NCBI GenBank assembly: GCA_035416665.1
Contig: DAOLNQ010000001.1
Span: forward strand, 158,733 to 222,732
Reading direction: 5' to 3'
Source of the DNA: Candidatus Saccharicenans sp.
GTDB taxonomy: Bacteria; Acidobacteriota; Aminicenantia; Aminicenantales; Saccharicenantaceae
DNA length: 64,000 bases
Positions 20,711 to 30,592 of the stretch are shown piece by piece; positions within the stretch are counted from its first letter, which is position 1; every line of letters begins with the position of its first letter. Both the position numbers and the translations under genes were made by a program. The notes under the pieces are model-generated. The model had not been told where the DNA came from. It did no database searches and worked only from the letters and a program-made list of their open reading frames with translations.

Positions 20711-20813
20711 TTTATTACCTGCAGGTGGGAGAACTGGAGACCGGCAGAGATAATCCCCCACTGGTCGTTTCTTACCTGGTTGGAATTAAGAGCGCAGGGA
20801 ACCTGTCCCATGA

Positions 20814-21083
20814 TTACGAAGTGGCTTCGGTCTTTTCCTCCAGAGGTAAAACCGAAACGAATTTTCCCATCCTTCCTTTGTCTTCAAATTTAACCCGGCC
20901 GGGTATCAGAGCGAAAAGTGTGTCATCACCACCCCGCCCGACATTCAGGCCTGGTTTCAATCTCGTTCCCCTTTGCCTGACCAGAATTGAACCGGCTTTA
21001 ACCACCTCTCCACCGAAACTTTTAACTCCCAGATACTTGGGATTAGAATCTCTTCCGTTAACACCTGATCTCTTATGAGCCAT
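20814..21083 (-). CDS. rpmA: 50S ribosomal protein L27
   Basis: [21 protein letters not shown] is the canonical L27 N-terminus. Confidence 0.9.
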   Translation of the reverse strand: MAHKRSGVNGRDSNPKYLGVKSFGGEVVKAGSILVRQRGTRLKPGLNVGRGGDDTLFALIPGRVKFEDKGRMGKFVSVLPLEEKTEATS

Positions 21084-21085
21084 GC

Positions 21086-21583
21086 TCAATTCTCCTTGCT
21101 TTCTTCCTTATTTTGAACCTTCTTAGCTGTCCTGGGCGTTTTTTTTGTTGGCGTTTTTTCCGCCTCTGCCACCTCCGGACCGGTGGCCTTTCTGGCTCTC
21201 GTCCTGACAGCTTTTTCCACTGGTTTCTGAGCTTCCTCCTCAGCTGGTTTTCTCTCTACATGACCTGACCACTCTGGATATATGCCATCTATTTTGATTT
21301 TGGTCAGCATCTGCCGGTGACCTTTTGTCCGACGATAACCTTTCCTTCTTTTCTTTTTAAAAACAGTAACTTTATCATCCTTATAGGTCTCGATTACTTC
21401 ACCGGTCACAGCGGCCTTTTCCAGATATGGACTACCTACCAGAATACGGTCCTCAGCTTCTATCAGCAAGACCTGATCAAAGGTGACCGCTTCTCCAGGA
21501 GCAGCCTCTACTTTTTCTATGGAGAGGACATCTCCTTCTTTCACTCGGTACTGCTTGCCGCCTGTTTTGATAACTGCAAACAT
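21086..21583 (-). CDS. rplU: 50S ribosomal protein L21 with a roughly 60-aa Lys/Ala/Glu/Pro-rich C-terminal extension
   Basis: [20 protein letters not shown] is canonical L21. The protein is 165 aa against the usual ~103. Confidence 0.85.
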   Translation of the reverse strand: MFAVIKTGGKQYRVKEGDVLSIEKVEAAPGEAVTFDQVLLIEAEDRILVGSPYLEKAAVTGEVIETYKDDKVTVFKKKRRKGYRRTKGHRQMLTKIKIDGIYPEWSGHVERKPAEEEAQKPVEKAVRTRARKATGPEVAEAEKTPTKKTPRTAKKVQNKEESKEN

Positions 21584-21620
21584 AGCTTTTCACCTTTCCG
21601 GGGATAAAAATTGAGCCTTA

Positions 21621-21649
21621 AATTTAACATATAAGCCATTTTATGTCAA
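21621..21649 (-). promoter_or_regulatory. Candidate sigma70 promoter of the rplU operon (minus strand TTGACA-17-TAAATT)
   Basis: Read on the reverse complement: TTGACATAAAATGGCTTATATGTTAAATT. The rplU ATG lies about 35 nt downstream. Confidence 0.4.
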
Positions 21650-21676
21650 CCAGATAGCCTGGCCTGTTACTGCTGG

Positions 21677-24600
21677 TTAACTCAGATGCTTGACCAGAGT
21701 TCCCCACCTTTTATCAAGAACAAAACCTTCTTTCATAAAAAACTGAGGAATGAGATAGTGAGTCATGATAAGCTTGATGCCTGAATTTCGCATTCGTTCA
21801 ATAAAATCCCTCAACATAGCCCGGCCCAGACCTCTTTGCTTATAACCTTTGGCCACCACTATTCCCTCCATAAAAACCACTTCTGAAGACAGGTTACGGA
21901 AGCAAATACCCCCAACCACCAATCCATCCTCATCAACCAGGACCAGGTTATGATTTAGCTGAGAAATAACCCGGGGATAATTATCCAGCAGGAAAAGGTG
22001 ATACAGCTGCCCGATTTCAGCTGGTTCATAACTTTCCCGGAATGTAAACTGATTTCCCTGCCGATCGGTTATGGTTGATTTTATGATCAGCCTTTCCCGT
22101 CCCGATTCGCCTGTCTTGGTCAGGTCAAGATCTTTAGTTTCTGTTGCTCTGGGGAAAACCATTCGACTGAATACCTGACGGTCTTCTTCCGACTCCAGAT
22201 TTGATTGGATTTCCGACAGTTCAACAAACTGGATAGCCATCTTATCAGGCTGGCTCTTCATTTTATCAAGTAATTTTTCAAAAGCCATGATCACTTCAGC
22301 TGAGGCTGAAGAAAAATAGGTATGACGGTAAACATAAAATCGGAGCAGCTCTGGACGGGAATTCAGATGGAATTCATTGATAAGTTCGATAACTTTTTTC
22401 TCGCGCTCAAAAGGAGTAGCTTGCCCGTTGGCTATTTCCCATTCTTTATATTTGCGGATAGCAGTTAAAACCGAAACGGGCATAACTGGATTCTGGCGAA
22501 TTTCGCCTAAATAGCTTTCCAGCTGAAAGCGGAATGAGCCAAAACCCTCTACCTCAATATCTTCACACTCGAGCTCATGGAAAAGCTCTTCCAGGAAGTT
22601 CAGGGCCCGTTTTTCTTCCCAGACTTCAAAACAGGCATCAAATATCCAGCTTAGATCTATTATCTTCCGGGACCAGGGATAGGCAGCCGCCACCTTCAGG
22701 TAGAAGTTCTCGATTATAAGGCGTACCAGGGACAGAGGCCCCCTATAAGGTTTTATTTCCCCTATTTCAATCAAGCCGGGATGTTCTCCATCCACACAAA
22801 TATTCTCCGGTAAGGCCTGACCGGGGATAATACGGTAGTCTGAAGCGGCTACCGCCCTGAGAATCACTCCGATGGCTTCAATATAAAGCATCCGCCATTC
22901 CTGTGGAGTAACAAGAGAAATCGGCCCGCCAGGACGAGTGGCAAAATCTCTGATCCTTTCACTAACATTGAGACGGCTGAAAAAGCGGTAACTGATAGCT
23001 TTCAGATCCGGCCGCCAGCTGGCCAGGCGGGGTAAAAGACGCGGATAATTAAAATCCTCAGAAAGACATAAATGCCATAAAATTTTGTCTATGAGTCGCT
23101 GGCCAAAACGTCCTTTTAAAATTTCCACTCTTAGGTCATAATGCTCTCCCTGAGAAGTGTTGAGGCAAACCCGGAGGTGAAGTCCCGGGTAAATAGAAGC
23201 TACTCTTGAAACCCTGATTTCACCAGAAGCCAACCCTTCGGGACTGAAGGAGTTAAAGCCATAGGCAAAAGCAACACTTTCGGCCAGAAAAGTCGGTTCC
23301 GACAGAACCTGGCTGATCAATCTTCTTTCTGATTGAGAAAAATCACTGGCAATCTGGAGCTTCTCAAGAATTCTGGCTTTGATATCCTCAGGCAGCCTGA
23401 CTTTTAGCCGCAGTCTAAAAAGGTTATATAGATTTTCCATTATTTTAAAAGATTCAGAAGCGAGAACCGGATCTTTCCGGTGAAGGGACCAGCTGGCCAG
23501 TTCAGCTGTCACCTGCGGAAAAAACTCGGGATGGATAGTGGCAAAGTCGGCCAGAAGTTTAAAAATATGAAGAAATTGATTGATCGTCCCCTCTGCTGCA
23601 GGCCATTTCAGAGATTGACGGTAATTAGCTAATCTGCGGCGTAGAGCCTCAAATTGCCCGCCACCCAGGGCCGATGAGGAAATTTCCTCAATGGACTCTT
23701 CATTAAGAAAAGTTAGCCCCGACTCAACGAAAGCCTCGAGAGAAGGTGTATATTCAGGTAGTGGCTGATCAAGGAGTAGAAGCCGGTAAGCCCAGCAACG
23801 GACTTTCTCTAAAGGATGACTGGCCAGAGCTTCCAATCTGAGTCTGATGAGAATAGATACCCTGAGATTTTCAGCCTGATTGAAAAGTTTTTCATAATCA
23901 CTCATTGCTCCGAGAGCTGCTTCTTCTGGACCGAAGTACAGTCTGGAAATCAGGTCATGGACCCTGACCAGCGTCAGATCAGTTATTCCTCTTGGCGGCG
24001 GGAAATCCTGCTGACCGGACAGAGCTCTCTCAGCCGGTAGCCAGATTCGATTAGAAACGTTACCCAGAGGTGTATCCCAGCCTTCCCGACAGACCAGAAA
24101 TTTCACCAGTGATGGATTACCGCACCATAAAAGTGGTTGACGAGCAAACAAACCCAGATCTATCGTCCTGTCTTTGATTTCATAGTAGAGATCGCCAATA
24201 AGGAATTTATGATTCTGTTGTTCATGACGAATGGCCAGAGAAGCCTCCCGACCGGCAATAACCAATCTGTCTCCTTCCAGGCGAAAATCTTCTTCAATCA
24301 AACCAAGGTCTCTTATCAGCCAGAACGGAAGCTTTAGATTGAAATCCCTGGCATTCAGGCCGAGATAATCTTTTTTATACAGCTGTTCAATCACATCAGA
24401 GAAATTAGCCACAATTTTTTTTCGATTGAACGAACCTTTAGCCGTCAGTTCGCCCTTCTCACGAGAAAAATCTCTATCCAGAAGGGCGAACTTAATTACC
24501 CGCTCATAAGGAGCCAGGCTCAGGTTAGCTGCTTCTATGATTCTCTTATAATATTCCCTTTCCCCTTCTACGGCGGGTAAGCTGCTCAGTTCAGGAGCAC

Positions 24601-26299
24601 TGGTGTCGGGCACGATAAGCAGCGCATTATAGGGCTTGCCATCTCCTACCAGAAAAACATTCTTAAAACCAGGCACAGATTTAAATTTGTCTTCAATTTT
24701 TCGAGGGGCAATGGTTTGCCCGCGGTTGTTTTTATAAATATCCTTTATCCGGTCAACCAATCGATAATAGCCATTGGGCAAAACTTCGAAGATATCACCG
24801 GTTCTAAGCCAGTAATCGGAACCAGGCGTACCAGGATAAGGGATGTCATCGCCAGGTCCTTTATCTTCCAGATAACGGGCAATATAGTGACCCCTGGCCA
24901 GCAGTTCCCCCTCCGGGCTCAACTTCAGCTCGACACCGGGTAAGGCACAACCCTGAGTATCGTCTACATAACGGCCGGGCAGAGTCATGGTCAATCCACC
25001 CGTCGCCTCGGTTAGACCGAAACCGGAAATCAAATCAATCCCATATCTGGCAAAAAAATGGAAGACACGAGGCTCCAGATAACCGGCAGCAGAAATTCCC
25101 CAGTGCAGTCTGGAGCCAACGATTTTTCTAACCGCTGCTTTTTTTTCATCATCGGTTCTGGCACCAGCAACGGCCTCCCGGCATCTTTCATAGATCTGTA
25201 CCCAGCGGATAGGCACACTGACCAGACCCGTCGGGTTAACTCTGGGAAACAGACTTAAAAGGGTATCGATAGATGGATTTCCGGAGAAAACATAGGTGCC
25301 GCGCCAGAAAATAGAACCAAGAAGCTCGAAATAGCGACCGAAAGTATGGTACAAAGGCAAAAAACTGAGCAGAACTTCATCCTGCCCAACTTCAGGTAAA
25401 GCTGCCGCCCGGGCGAATCTCTTGGAAATAAGATTGTAAGTTGAGAAGGAAACCCCCTTGGGAACACCGGTACTGCCCGAAGTATACATGACGGTTGAAA
25501 CCTGGGTCAGACGAAAGCGGGGTCTTTGAGCCAGAACCTGATCTATCTCTTTGGGATTGAGCGTTCTGATCTGCTCACCGAGATAGAGCGAACTTCCTGC
25601 CGGTTCAATTCTCTGCAGGGTAAGAATGGCAAAATTCAGACCAGCTTTTTGCTTTAGCTGCTCGAGCAGTTTCAATCTTTCCAGGTTATCAGTAATAACG
25701 ATGTTTATTTTCAGCTGGTTAAAAATCATCTCCAGATTTTCTAAATTAAAAGTTGGATTGAGCGGTGTCACCAGAATGTCATAGAAAAGGCAGGCCAGAT
25801 CGCTGCAGGCCGAATCAAGATGATTTTCACTGAAAATAGCTACCCGCGGCTCAAGTGGAGAGGCCAGTAGATAAAAGTAGCCAGCCAGCATTTTCAGGTA
25901 GGAAGCGATTTCTGAATAGGTCCAATTTCCCCCTTTTAAAGTAGACAGGTCAAGGAAAAGTATCCGATCTGGATTTTCTTTGACTCTATCTTCAAATAAG
26001 TCCAGAAGGTTATAATTTATTTTCTGGATGAAGCCAAAACAGGTTTCAGCCCATTCCCAGTTTTTCTGGGGATAAGGCAGACATCTAAGGAAGGTTGAAG
26101 TTGAGGTCAGGTTTAAATAGGTTCTGATTATTTCCGGGCTAAGACTTTCGACCTGCCCCCCAGCCAGAAGTCTGGAGGCCAGGGTCACTATGTCCTCAGC
26201 CAGGCGCGGGTTGGTGGCGGGCAGCTGGGCAACCCAGGAATTTAAAAGTTCCTGCAGAGAAACTTTCGATCCTGGTCGAAGATCTTTTGCTTCTGTCAT
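21677..26299 (-). CDS. 1540-aa multidomain protein: N-terminal region, AMP-forming acyl/aryl-CoA ligase domain, ~700-aa uncharacterised region, C-terminal GNAT acyltransferase
   Basis: Adenylation motifs: YTSGSTGVPKGV (A3), GFGLTEATGG (A5), YWLRTGDIFEVLPNGYYRLVDRIKD (A7/A8), ELTAKGSFNRKKI (A10 Lys). The last ~130 aa form a GNAT fold (IVVAKGYKQRGLGRAMLRDF). Confidence 0.8.
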   Translation of the reverse strand: MTEAKDLRPGSKVSLQELLNSWVAQLPATNPRLAEDIVTLASRLLAGGQVESLSPEIIRTYLNLTSTSTFLRCLPYPQKNWEWAETCFGFIQKINYNLLDLFEDRVKENPDRILFLDLSTLKGGNWTYSEIASYLKMLAGYFYLLASPLEPRVAIFSENHLDSACSDLACLFYDILVTPLNPTFNLENLEMIFNQLKINIVITDNLERLKLLEQLKQKAGLNFAILTLQRIEPAGSSLYLGEQIRTLNPKEIDQVLAQRPRFRLTQVSTVMYTSGSTGVPKGVSFSTYNLISKRFARAAALPEVGQDEVLLSFLPLYHTFGRYFELLGSIFWRGTYVFSGNPSIDTLLSLFPRVNPTGLVSVPIRWVQIYERCREAVAGARTDDEKKAAVRKIVGSRLHWGISAAGYLEPRVFHFFARYGIDLISGFGLTEATGGLTMTLPGRYVDDTQGCALPGVELKLSPEGELLARGHYIARYLEDKGPGDDIPYPGTPGSDYWLRTGDIFEVLPNGYYRLVDRIKDIYKNNRGQTIAPRKIEDKFKSVPGFKNVFLVGDGKPYNALLIVPDTSAPELSSLPAVEGEREYYKRIIEAANLSLAPYERVIKFALLDRDFSREKGELTAKGSFNRKKIVANFSDVIEQLYKKDYLGLNARDFNLKLPFWLIRDLGLIEEDFRLEGDRLVIAGREASLAIRHEQQNHKFLIGDLYYEIKDRTIDLGLFARQPLLWCGNPSLVKFLVCREGWDTPLGNVSNRIWLPAERALSGQQDFPPPRGITDLTLVRVHDLISRLYFGPEEAALGAMSDYEKLFNQAENLRVSILIRLRLEALASHPLEKVRCWAYRLLLLDQPLPEYTPSLEAFVESGLTFLNEESIEEISSSALGGGQFEALRRRLANYRQSLKWPAAEGTINQFLHIFKLLADFATIHPEFFPQVTAELASWSLHRKDPVLASESFKIMENLYNLFRLRLKVRLPEDIKARILEKLQIASDFSQSERRLISQVLSEPTFLAESVAFAYGFNSFSPEGLASGEIRVSRVASIYPGLHLRVCLNTSQGEHYDLRVEILKGRFGQRLIDKILWHLCLSEDFNYPRLLPRLASWRPDLKAISYRFFSRLNVSERIRDFATRPGGPISLVTPQEWRMLYIEAIGVILRAVAASDYRIIPGQALPENICVDGEHPGLIEIGEIKPYRGPLSLVRLIIENFYLKVAAAYPWSRKIIDLSWIFDACFEVWEEKRALNFLEELFHELECEDIEVEGFGSFRFQLESYLGEIRQNPVMPVSVLTAIRKYKEWEIANGQATPFEREKKVIELINEFHLNSRPELLRFYVYRHTYFSSASAEVIMAFEKLLDKMKSQPDKMAIQFVELSEIQSNLESEEDRQVFSRMVFPRATETKDLDLTKTGESGRERLIIKSTITDRQGNQFTFRESYEPAEIGQLYHLFLLDNYPRVISQLNHNLVLVDEDGLVVGGICFRNLSSEVVFMEGIVVAKGYKQRGLGRAMLRDFIERMRNSGIKLIMTHYLIPQFFMKEGFVLDKRWGTLVKHLS

Positions 26300-26440
26300 A
26301 AAATGAAAATTAAGGCAATTTAATTCTGGCTATTCAATCTCGACTTTCATTCTAATATATATAGACGGCTTAGTCAAAAATGAACCTGGCTGGCTTGACA
26401 ACAGAGTTTCTTTCTCTTAATTTAATCTTAAGTTCTGGCT

Positions 26441-26515
26441 GGGCGGTTAGCTCAGGGGCAGAGTGTCGGTCTTACAAACCGGAGGTCACTGGTTCGAACC
26501 CAGTACCGCCCACCA
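26441..26515 (+). tRNA. tRNA-Val (TAC)
   Basis: Cloverleaf: acceptor GGGCGGT/ACCGCCC, anticodon loop CTTACAA, T arm ACTGG-TTCGAAC-CCAGT. CCA is encoded. A plausible TTGACA-17-TAATTT promoter lies at about 26394-26422. Confidence 0.85.
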
Positions 26516-26779
26516 GTAAAAATGGCATAGCAGATTATATTTCCTATTTTTGATCCAGGTTGGTGGCTCTAATTTTTTGTATCTATAACTCAATCCGAAG
26601 CGGGCCCAGAATTCAGCTAAAGGCAGGACTGAGCCAGGAGCGAGGGGTTGCCCGTCAGTATCAGTATTAGAGAAGGGGGAAAAACAAGCTCTGTTGCCAG
26701 CTAAGCCAGTCTAAATATACCTTTATAAATAGGTTGCAGGATCTGTTGTTAACCTATAAAATGGCCGCGGAGGGTTAGA

Positions 26780-28123
26780 ATGGCTAAAGCCAGAATTCTG
26801 ATTGTTGAGGACGAAGCACTGGTAGCCAGAGACCTGGTTAATATGATCAAGTCTCTCGGTTATGAGGTAACTGATCTCATTCAGAACGGCGAAGCAGTTG
26901 TCCAGAGCGTCGAGAAAAACCGCCCAGATCTGGCTATCATGGATATTGTTCTCAAGGGCCGCGTTGATGGAATCGAGGCAGCCGCTATCCTCTGGGAAAA
27001 ATATTCTATACCGGTAGTTTATATAACTTCATTCGCCGATGACCTGACCTTCGAGCGAGCCCGGTTAACCGAACCCTTTGGCTATTTAATCAAACCTTAT
27101 GAAGAAAGAGAACTGGAATTGACCATTGAAATAGCGCTTTATAAAGCCAGAAGGGAGCGGCTGGTGAAGGAAAGGGAAAAATGGCTATCGACTATACTAA
27201 AGGGCATAGATGATGGCATCATTGTCACTGATAACAGAGGTAAAGTTACTTTTATAAATCCATCAGCGCAAAAAATCACGGGCTGGAATGAACCGGATGC
27301 GATTGACCAACCCGTGGACAGGATATTGGAACTAAAGGAAAACCTGAATTTTGATCCTGATTCTGCCCTGCCCGTGCCAGGGGAAACCAATCTTATAACC
27401 AGAACTGGCCTGGAAATTCCCGTTGAACTGACAGTCTCCACTCTACCTGAGGAAAGTGGCCAACCGAGCGGTCAGGTGATAGTTTTTAAAGATGAGACCT
27501 CTCGTCGACAGGCTGAACAAGAACTACAGGAAAGCTGGGCAAAACTCCGGCGAGCGCTGAAAGGTACCATTCAGGCCATTTCTACCACGATTGAGATGCG
27601 CGATCCTTACACGGCTGGCCACCAGCGGCGAGTTGCTCAACTGGCTAAAGCTATTGCTCAGGAAATGAGTTTACCTGAAGTCAAAATTGAAGGTATCATA
27701 TTTGCAGCTCAAATCCATGATATCGGGAAAATTTATGTTCCAGCGGAAATTCTGAGTAAGCCCACAAAATTAACCGATCTTGAATACACAATTATCAAAA
27801 CTCATCCTCAAGCTGGCTATGAAATTTTAAAGAATATCGAATTCCCCTGGCCAATTGCCGAGGTCGTTTTACAGCATCACGAACGACTCAACGGCTCGGG
27901 CTACCCGGCTGGATTGAAAGACGGGGAAATTTTACTGGAAGCCAGAATTCTGGCAATTGCTGATGTGGTCGAAGCTATGTCTTCCCACCGGCCTTACCGC
28001 CCCTCCTTCGGGATAGATAAAGCTCTGGATGAGATCAGGCTTAATAACGGTCTTCTTTATGAACCAGAAGCAGTGGCTGCCTGCCAGCGGCTGTTTTTAG
28101 AGAAAGCCTTTTCATTCGAATGA
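26780..28123 (+). CDS. Response regulator with PAS and HD-GYP domains (probable c-di-GMP phosphodiesterase)
   Basis: Receiver (ILIVEDEALVARDL...LAIMDIV...KP), then a PAS-like segment, then an HD-GYP domain (HDIGK, HHERLNGSGYP). Confidence 0.85.
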   Translation: MAKARILIVEDEALVARDLVNMIKSLGYEVTDLIQNGEAVVQSVEKNRPDLAIMDIVLKGRVDGIEAAAILWEKYSIPVVYITSFADDLTFERARLTEPFGYLIKPYEERELELTIEIALYKARRERLVKEREKWLSTILKGIDDGIIVTDNRGKVTFINPSAQKITGWNEPDAIDQPVDRILELKENLNFDPDSALPVPGETNLITRTGLEIPVELTVSTLPEESGQPSGQVIVFKDETSRRQAEQELQESWAKLRRALKGTIQAISTTIEMRDPYTAGHQRRVAQLAKAIAQEMSLPEVKIEGIIFAAQIHDIGKIYVPAEILSKPTKLTDLEYTIIKTHPQAGYEILKNIEFPWPIAEVVLQHHERLNGSGYPAGLKDGEILLEARILAIADVVEAMSSHRPYRPSFGIDKALDEIRLNNGLLYEPEAVAACQRLFLEKAFSFE

Positions 28124-28176
28124 ACAGCGATCCTGGTCTCGCTGCCCATAGTTTGATCATCCCTGCAAAAAAGTAG

Positions 28177-28251
28177 CGCCCCCGACGGGATTCGAACCCG
28201 TGTTGCCGCCTTGAAAGGGCGATGTCCTAGGCCGGGCTAGACGACAGGGGC
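28177..28251 (-). tRNA. tRNA-Glu (TTC)
   Basis: Reverse complement: GCCCCTG...anticodon loop CTTTCAA...T arm ACGGG-TTCGAAT-CCCGT...CGGGGGC-G. No CCA is encoded. Confidence 0.8.
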
Positions 28252-28256
28252 GCAAG

Positions 28257-28328
28257 TGAGCCGTGCTGGACTCGAACCAGCGACACCCGGCTTAAAAGGC
28301 CGGTGCTCTCCCTCTGAGCTAACGGCCC
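28257..28328 (-). tRNA. tRNA-Lys (TTT)
   Basis: Reverse complement: GGGCCGT-TA-GCTCAGAGGGAGAGC...anticodon loop CTTTTAA...T arm GCTGG-TTCGAGT-CCAGC-ACGGCTC-A. No CCA is encoded. Confidence 0.8.
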
Positions 28329-28425
28329 CTCATCCTGACCGCATGAAAGGTTATTTATAGCTAAAAATCGAAAATTGTCAATAAGACGGCTTATAATTTT
28401 CCTGCAGCTTAAAATTTAACTGGAA

Positions 28426-29118
28426 TCAGGCTACTGGCTCAAACTTGACAATAATCCACCGCCCGGTATTGGGCTTACCAGCCTGATCTTTCAAAATATA
28501 CCTTTTTAAAAGGACGTCATATTTTTTCTCGGCTCCAGACTTAGTCTTGACACTAATCTGAACGGTTTTGGAGTGAACTTCTCCACTCATTTCTCTGATA
28601 CCAGGCAATGATTTAACACCGAGAGAAAATAAAGCAACTTGTTCTTCTTTAGCTGCGGCTTCTTTAGCTGCACTATATTGAGCCTGCAATTCTTTGTGCG
28701 CGTTATACTCTTCATCATATTTAGCCTGAAGCTCGGCTACTTTCTTTTTCAGAGCTGCTCGGGCGCCGGATGTTCTGGCATTGTCTAATTCTTCCTGAGC
28801 CGCATCTAAAGCATCCTTGGCCTCGACAACGGGGCCGACATGATCGTCCATTTTTTTCTTGGCTTCAATTTCTGCTTGATTGAGCTCTGGCAACCTGAAG
28901 GGCTCAACTGCTTCTGGTGAAATGCTCAATACCTTGTGGCTAACAGCTTCTATAGCCAGTGGTTCAACCGCCATGGCAGCCATCGTCTGATTATCATTCA
29001 TAGATACTGCGTGAAAATATTTGTCCAGAAGAGTTTTCTCCGGGCTTGATGAACAGGCGGTATAAGCCAGTACTGCCAGCAGAGCTAAACCTAGAATCCA
29101 AAGATTTTTATGTTTCAT
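28426..29118 (-). CDS. Putative lipoprotein with a coiled-coil middle region
   Basis: Signal peptide with lipobox-like LAYTAC, followed by an Ala/Lys/Glu-rich helical region. The gene is co-directional with gatA and its start overlaps the gatA stop. Confidence 0.55.
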   Translation of the reverse strand: MKHKNLWILGLALLAVLAYTACSSSPEKTLLDKYFHAVSMNDNQTMAAMAVEPLAIEAVSHKVLSISPEAVEPFRLPELNQAEIEAKKKMDDHVGPVVEAKDALDAAQEELDNARTSGARAALKKKVAELQAKYDEEYNAHKELQAQYSAAKEAAAKEEQVALFSLGVKSLPGIREMSGEVHSKTVQISVKTKSGAEKKYDVLLKRYILKDQAGKPNTGRWIIVKFEPVA

Positions 29119-30587
29119 ACTTCCTCCTCCCTAACGGTTGTAATTCCATCTATATTATTTTTGAAATCAAAAGTTTTTTCAAGCAAAAAAGCAAGTTTAA
29201 ATAATTCCAGCTCAGAAAAAGCTGGACCAAGGAGCTGGAGACCCAGTGGTAAGCCCTTTGAAGTCAAACCAGAAGGTAATGACAGACCGGGAATTCCTGC
29301 CAGATTGGCAGTAACTGTAAAGTAGTCCTGCCGATACATCGATAGAGGATCCTGTTTTTCCCCGAGTTTGAAGGCTGGCTCAGGAGTAGTTGGAGTCAGG
29401 ATAAAATCGACCTGTCGAAAGGCTGACTGAAACTCCCTGGCTATAGCTCGCCTGGCCCGTGCCGCCCGGGCATAATAAGCATCATAATAGCCAGAACTCA
29501 GGGCAAAAGTTCCAACGAGAATACGCCTCTTGACCTCAGGCCCAAAACCCAGAGTCCTGGTCTTGATATACATGTCAGATAAATCAGATGAGTCCGCCCT
29601 GAAACCGTAACGAACACCGTCATAGCGAGCCAGATTGGAACTGGCCTCAGACGGAGCAATAATATAATAACAAGGAAGAGCATATCGCCAGGTGGGAAAA
29701 GAGAGAGAAGTCAGCTTAAAACCCAGTCCGGTGAGAAGCTGAATAGCTTTTTTATAGTTAGCTAACACTTCTTCATTAACTTCAGACAGTGAGTCTTCAT
29801 CCAGTATACCTATCTGCTTTTTATCCAGAGGCAATTCCAGGCCGGCCATAAAATCTGGAATAGGCAGATTGGCTGAGGTCGAGTCGCGACGGTCAAAACC
29901 GAATATTACTGAACTTACCAGAGCACAGTCTCTGACATTTCTGGCGAGAGGGCCTATTTGATCAAGAGACGAAGCAAAAGCTACCAGACCGTAACGGGAA
30001 ACCCGACCATAGGTTGGCTTAAGGCCAACCAGCCCGCAGAAGGCAGCTGGTTGCCGGACTGAACCGCCTGTCTCAGAGCCAAGAGCAGCCGCTGCCTCAC
30101 GGGCCGCCACCGCTGCTGCCGAACCACCGCTGCTGCCTCCTGGCACCCGGCTCAGGTCCCAGGGGTTTCTGGTGGTGAAAAAAGCAGAATTCTCGGTGGA
30201 AGAGCCCATGGCAAATTCATCCAGATTAGTCTTGCCAATAATAATAGCATCCTCATCTTCGAGTTTTTCCACCACGGCGGCGTTATATGGCGGAATAAAG
30301 TGTTCTAATATCCTGGAGCCACAGGTCGTTCTGACCCCTTTGGTTACAATATTATCTTTAAGCGCCACCACCGCCCCGGCCAGCCTGCCTTTTTGTGATT
30401 TTGAATCAATTTCTCTGGCTCTGATCAGAGCCGACTCAAAATTGCAGGTTAGGTAAGCTTTGACCTCCTTATCTATTTTCTCAATCCAGTCTATATAATC
30501 TTCAACCACCTCGACGAGACGGACCTCGCCGCTTCTGACCAGATTGATAGCCTCATTCAGACCAAGTTCGTGGAGCTTTTGGGGCAT
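29115..30587 (-). CDS. gatA: Glu-tRNA(Gln)/Asp-tRNA(Asn) amidotransferase subunit A
   Basis: Amidase signature (GGSSGGSAAAVAA...GSETGGSVRQPAAFCG). 490 aa. Confidence 0.9.
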   Translation of the reverse strand: MPQKLHELGLNEAINLVRSGEVRLVEVVEDYIDWIEKIDKEVKAYLTCNFESALIRAREIDSKSQKGRLAGAVVALKDNIVTKGVRTTCGSRILEHFIPPYNAAVVEKLEDEDAIIIGKTNLDEFAMGSSTENSAFFTTRNPWDLSRVPGGSSGGSAAAVAAREAAAALGSETGGSVRQPAAFCGLVGLKPTYGRVSRYGLVAFASSLDQIGPLARNVRDCALVSSVIFGFDRRDSTSANLPIPDFMAGLELPLDKKQIGILDEDSLSEVNEEVLANYKKAIQLLTGLGFKLTSLSFPTWRYALPCYYIIAPSEASSNLARYDGVRYGFRADSSDLSDMYIKTRTLGFGPEVKRRILVGTFALSSGYYDAYYARAARARRAIAREFQSAFRQVDFILTPTTPEPAFKLGEKQDPLSMYRQDYFTVTANLAGIPGLSLPSGLTSKGLPLGLQLLGPAFSELELFKLAFLLEKTFDFKNNIDGITTVREEEV

Positions 30588-30592
30588 TTGAG

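Noticed and set aside
20725-21078. 117-aa plus-strand ORF overlapping rpmA
   Set aside because: It is antisense to ribosomal protein L27 and is a Pro/Ser/Leu-rich shadow frame.
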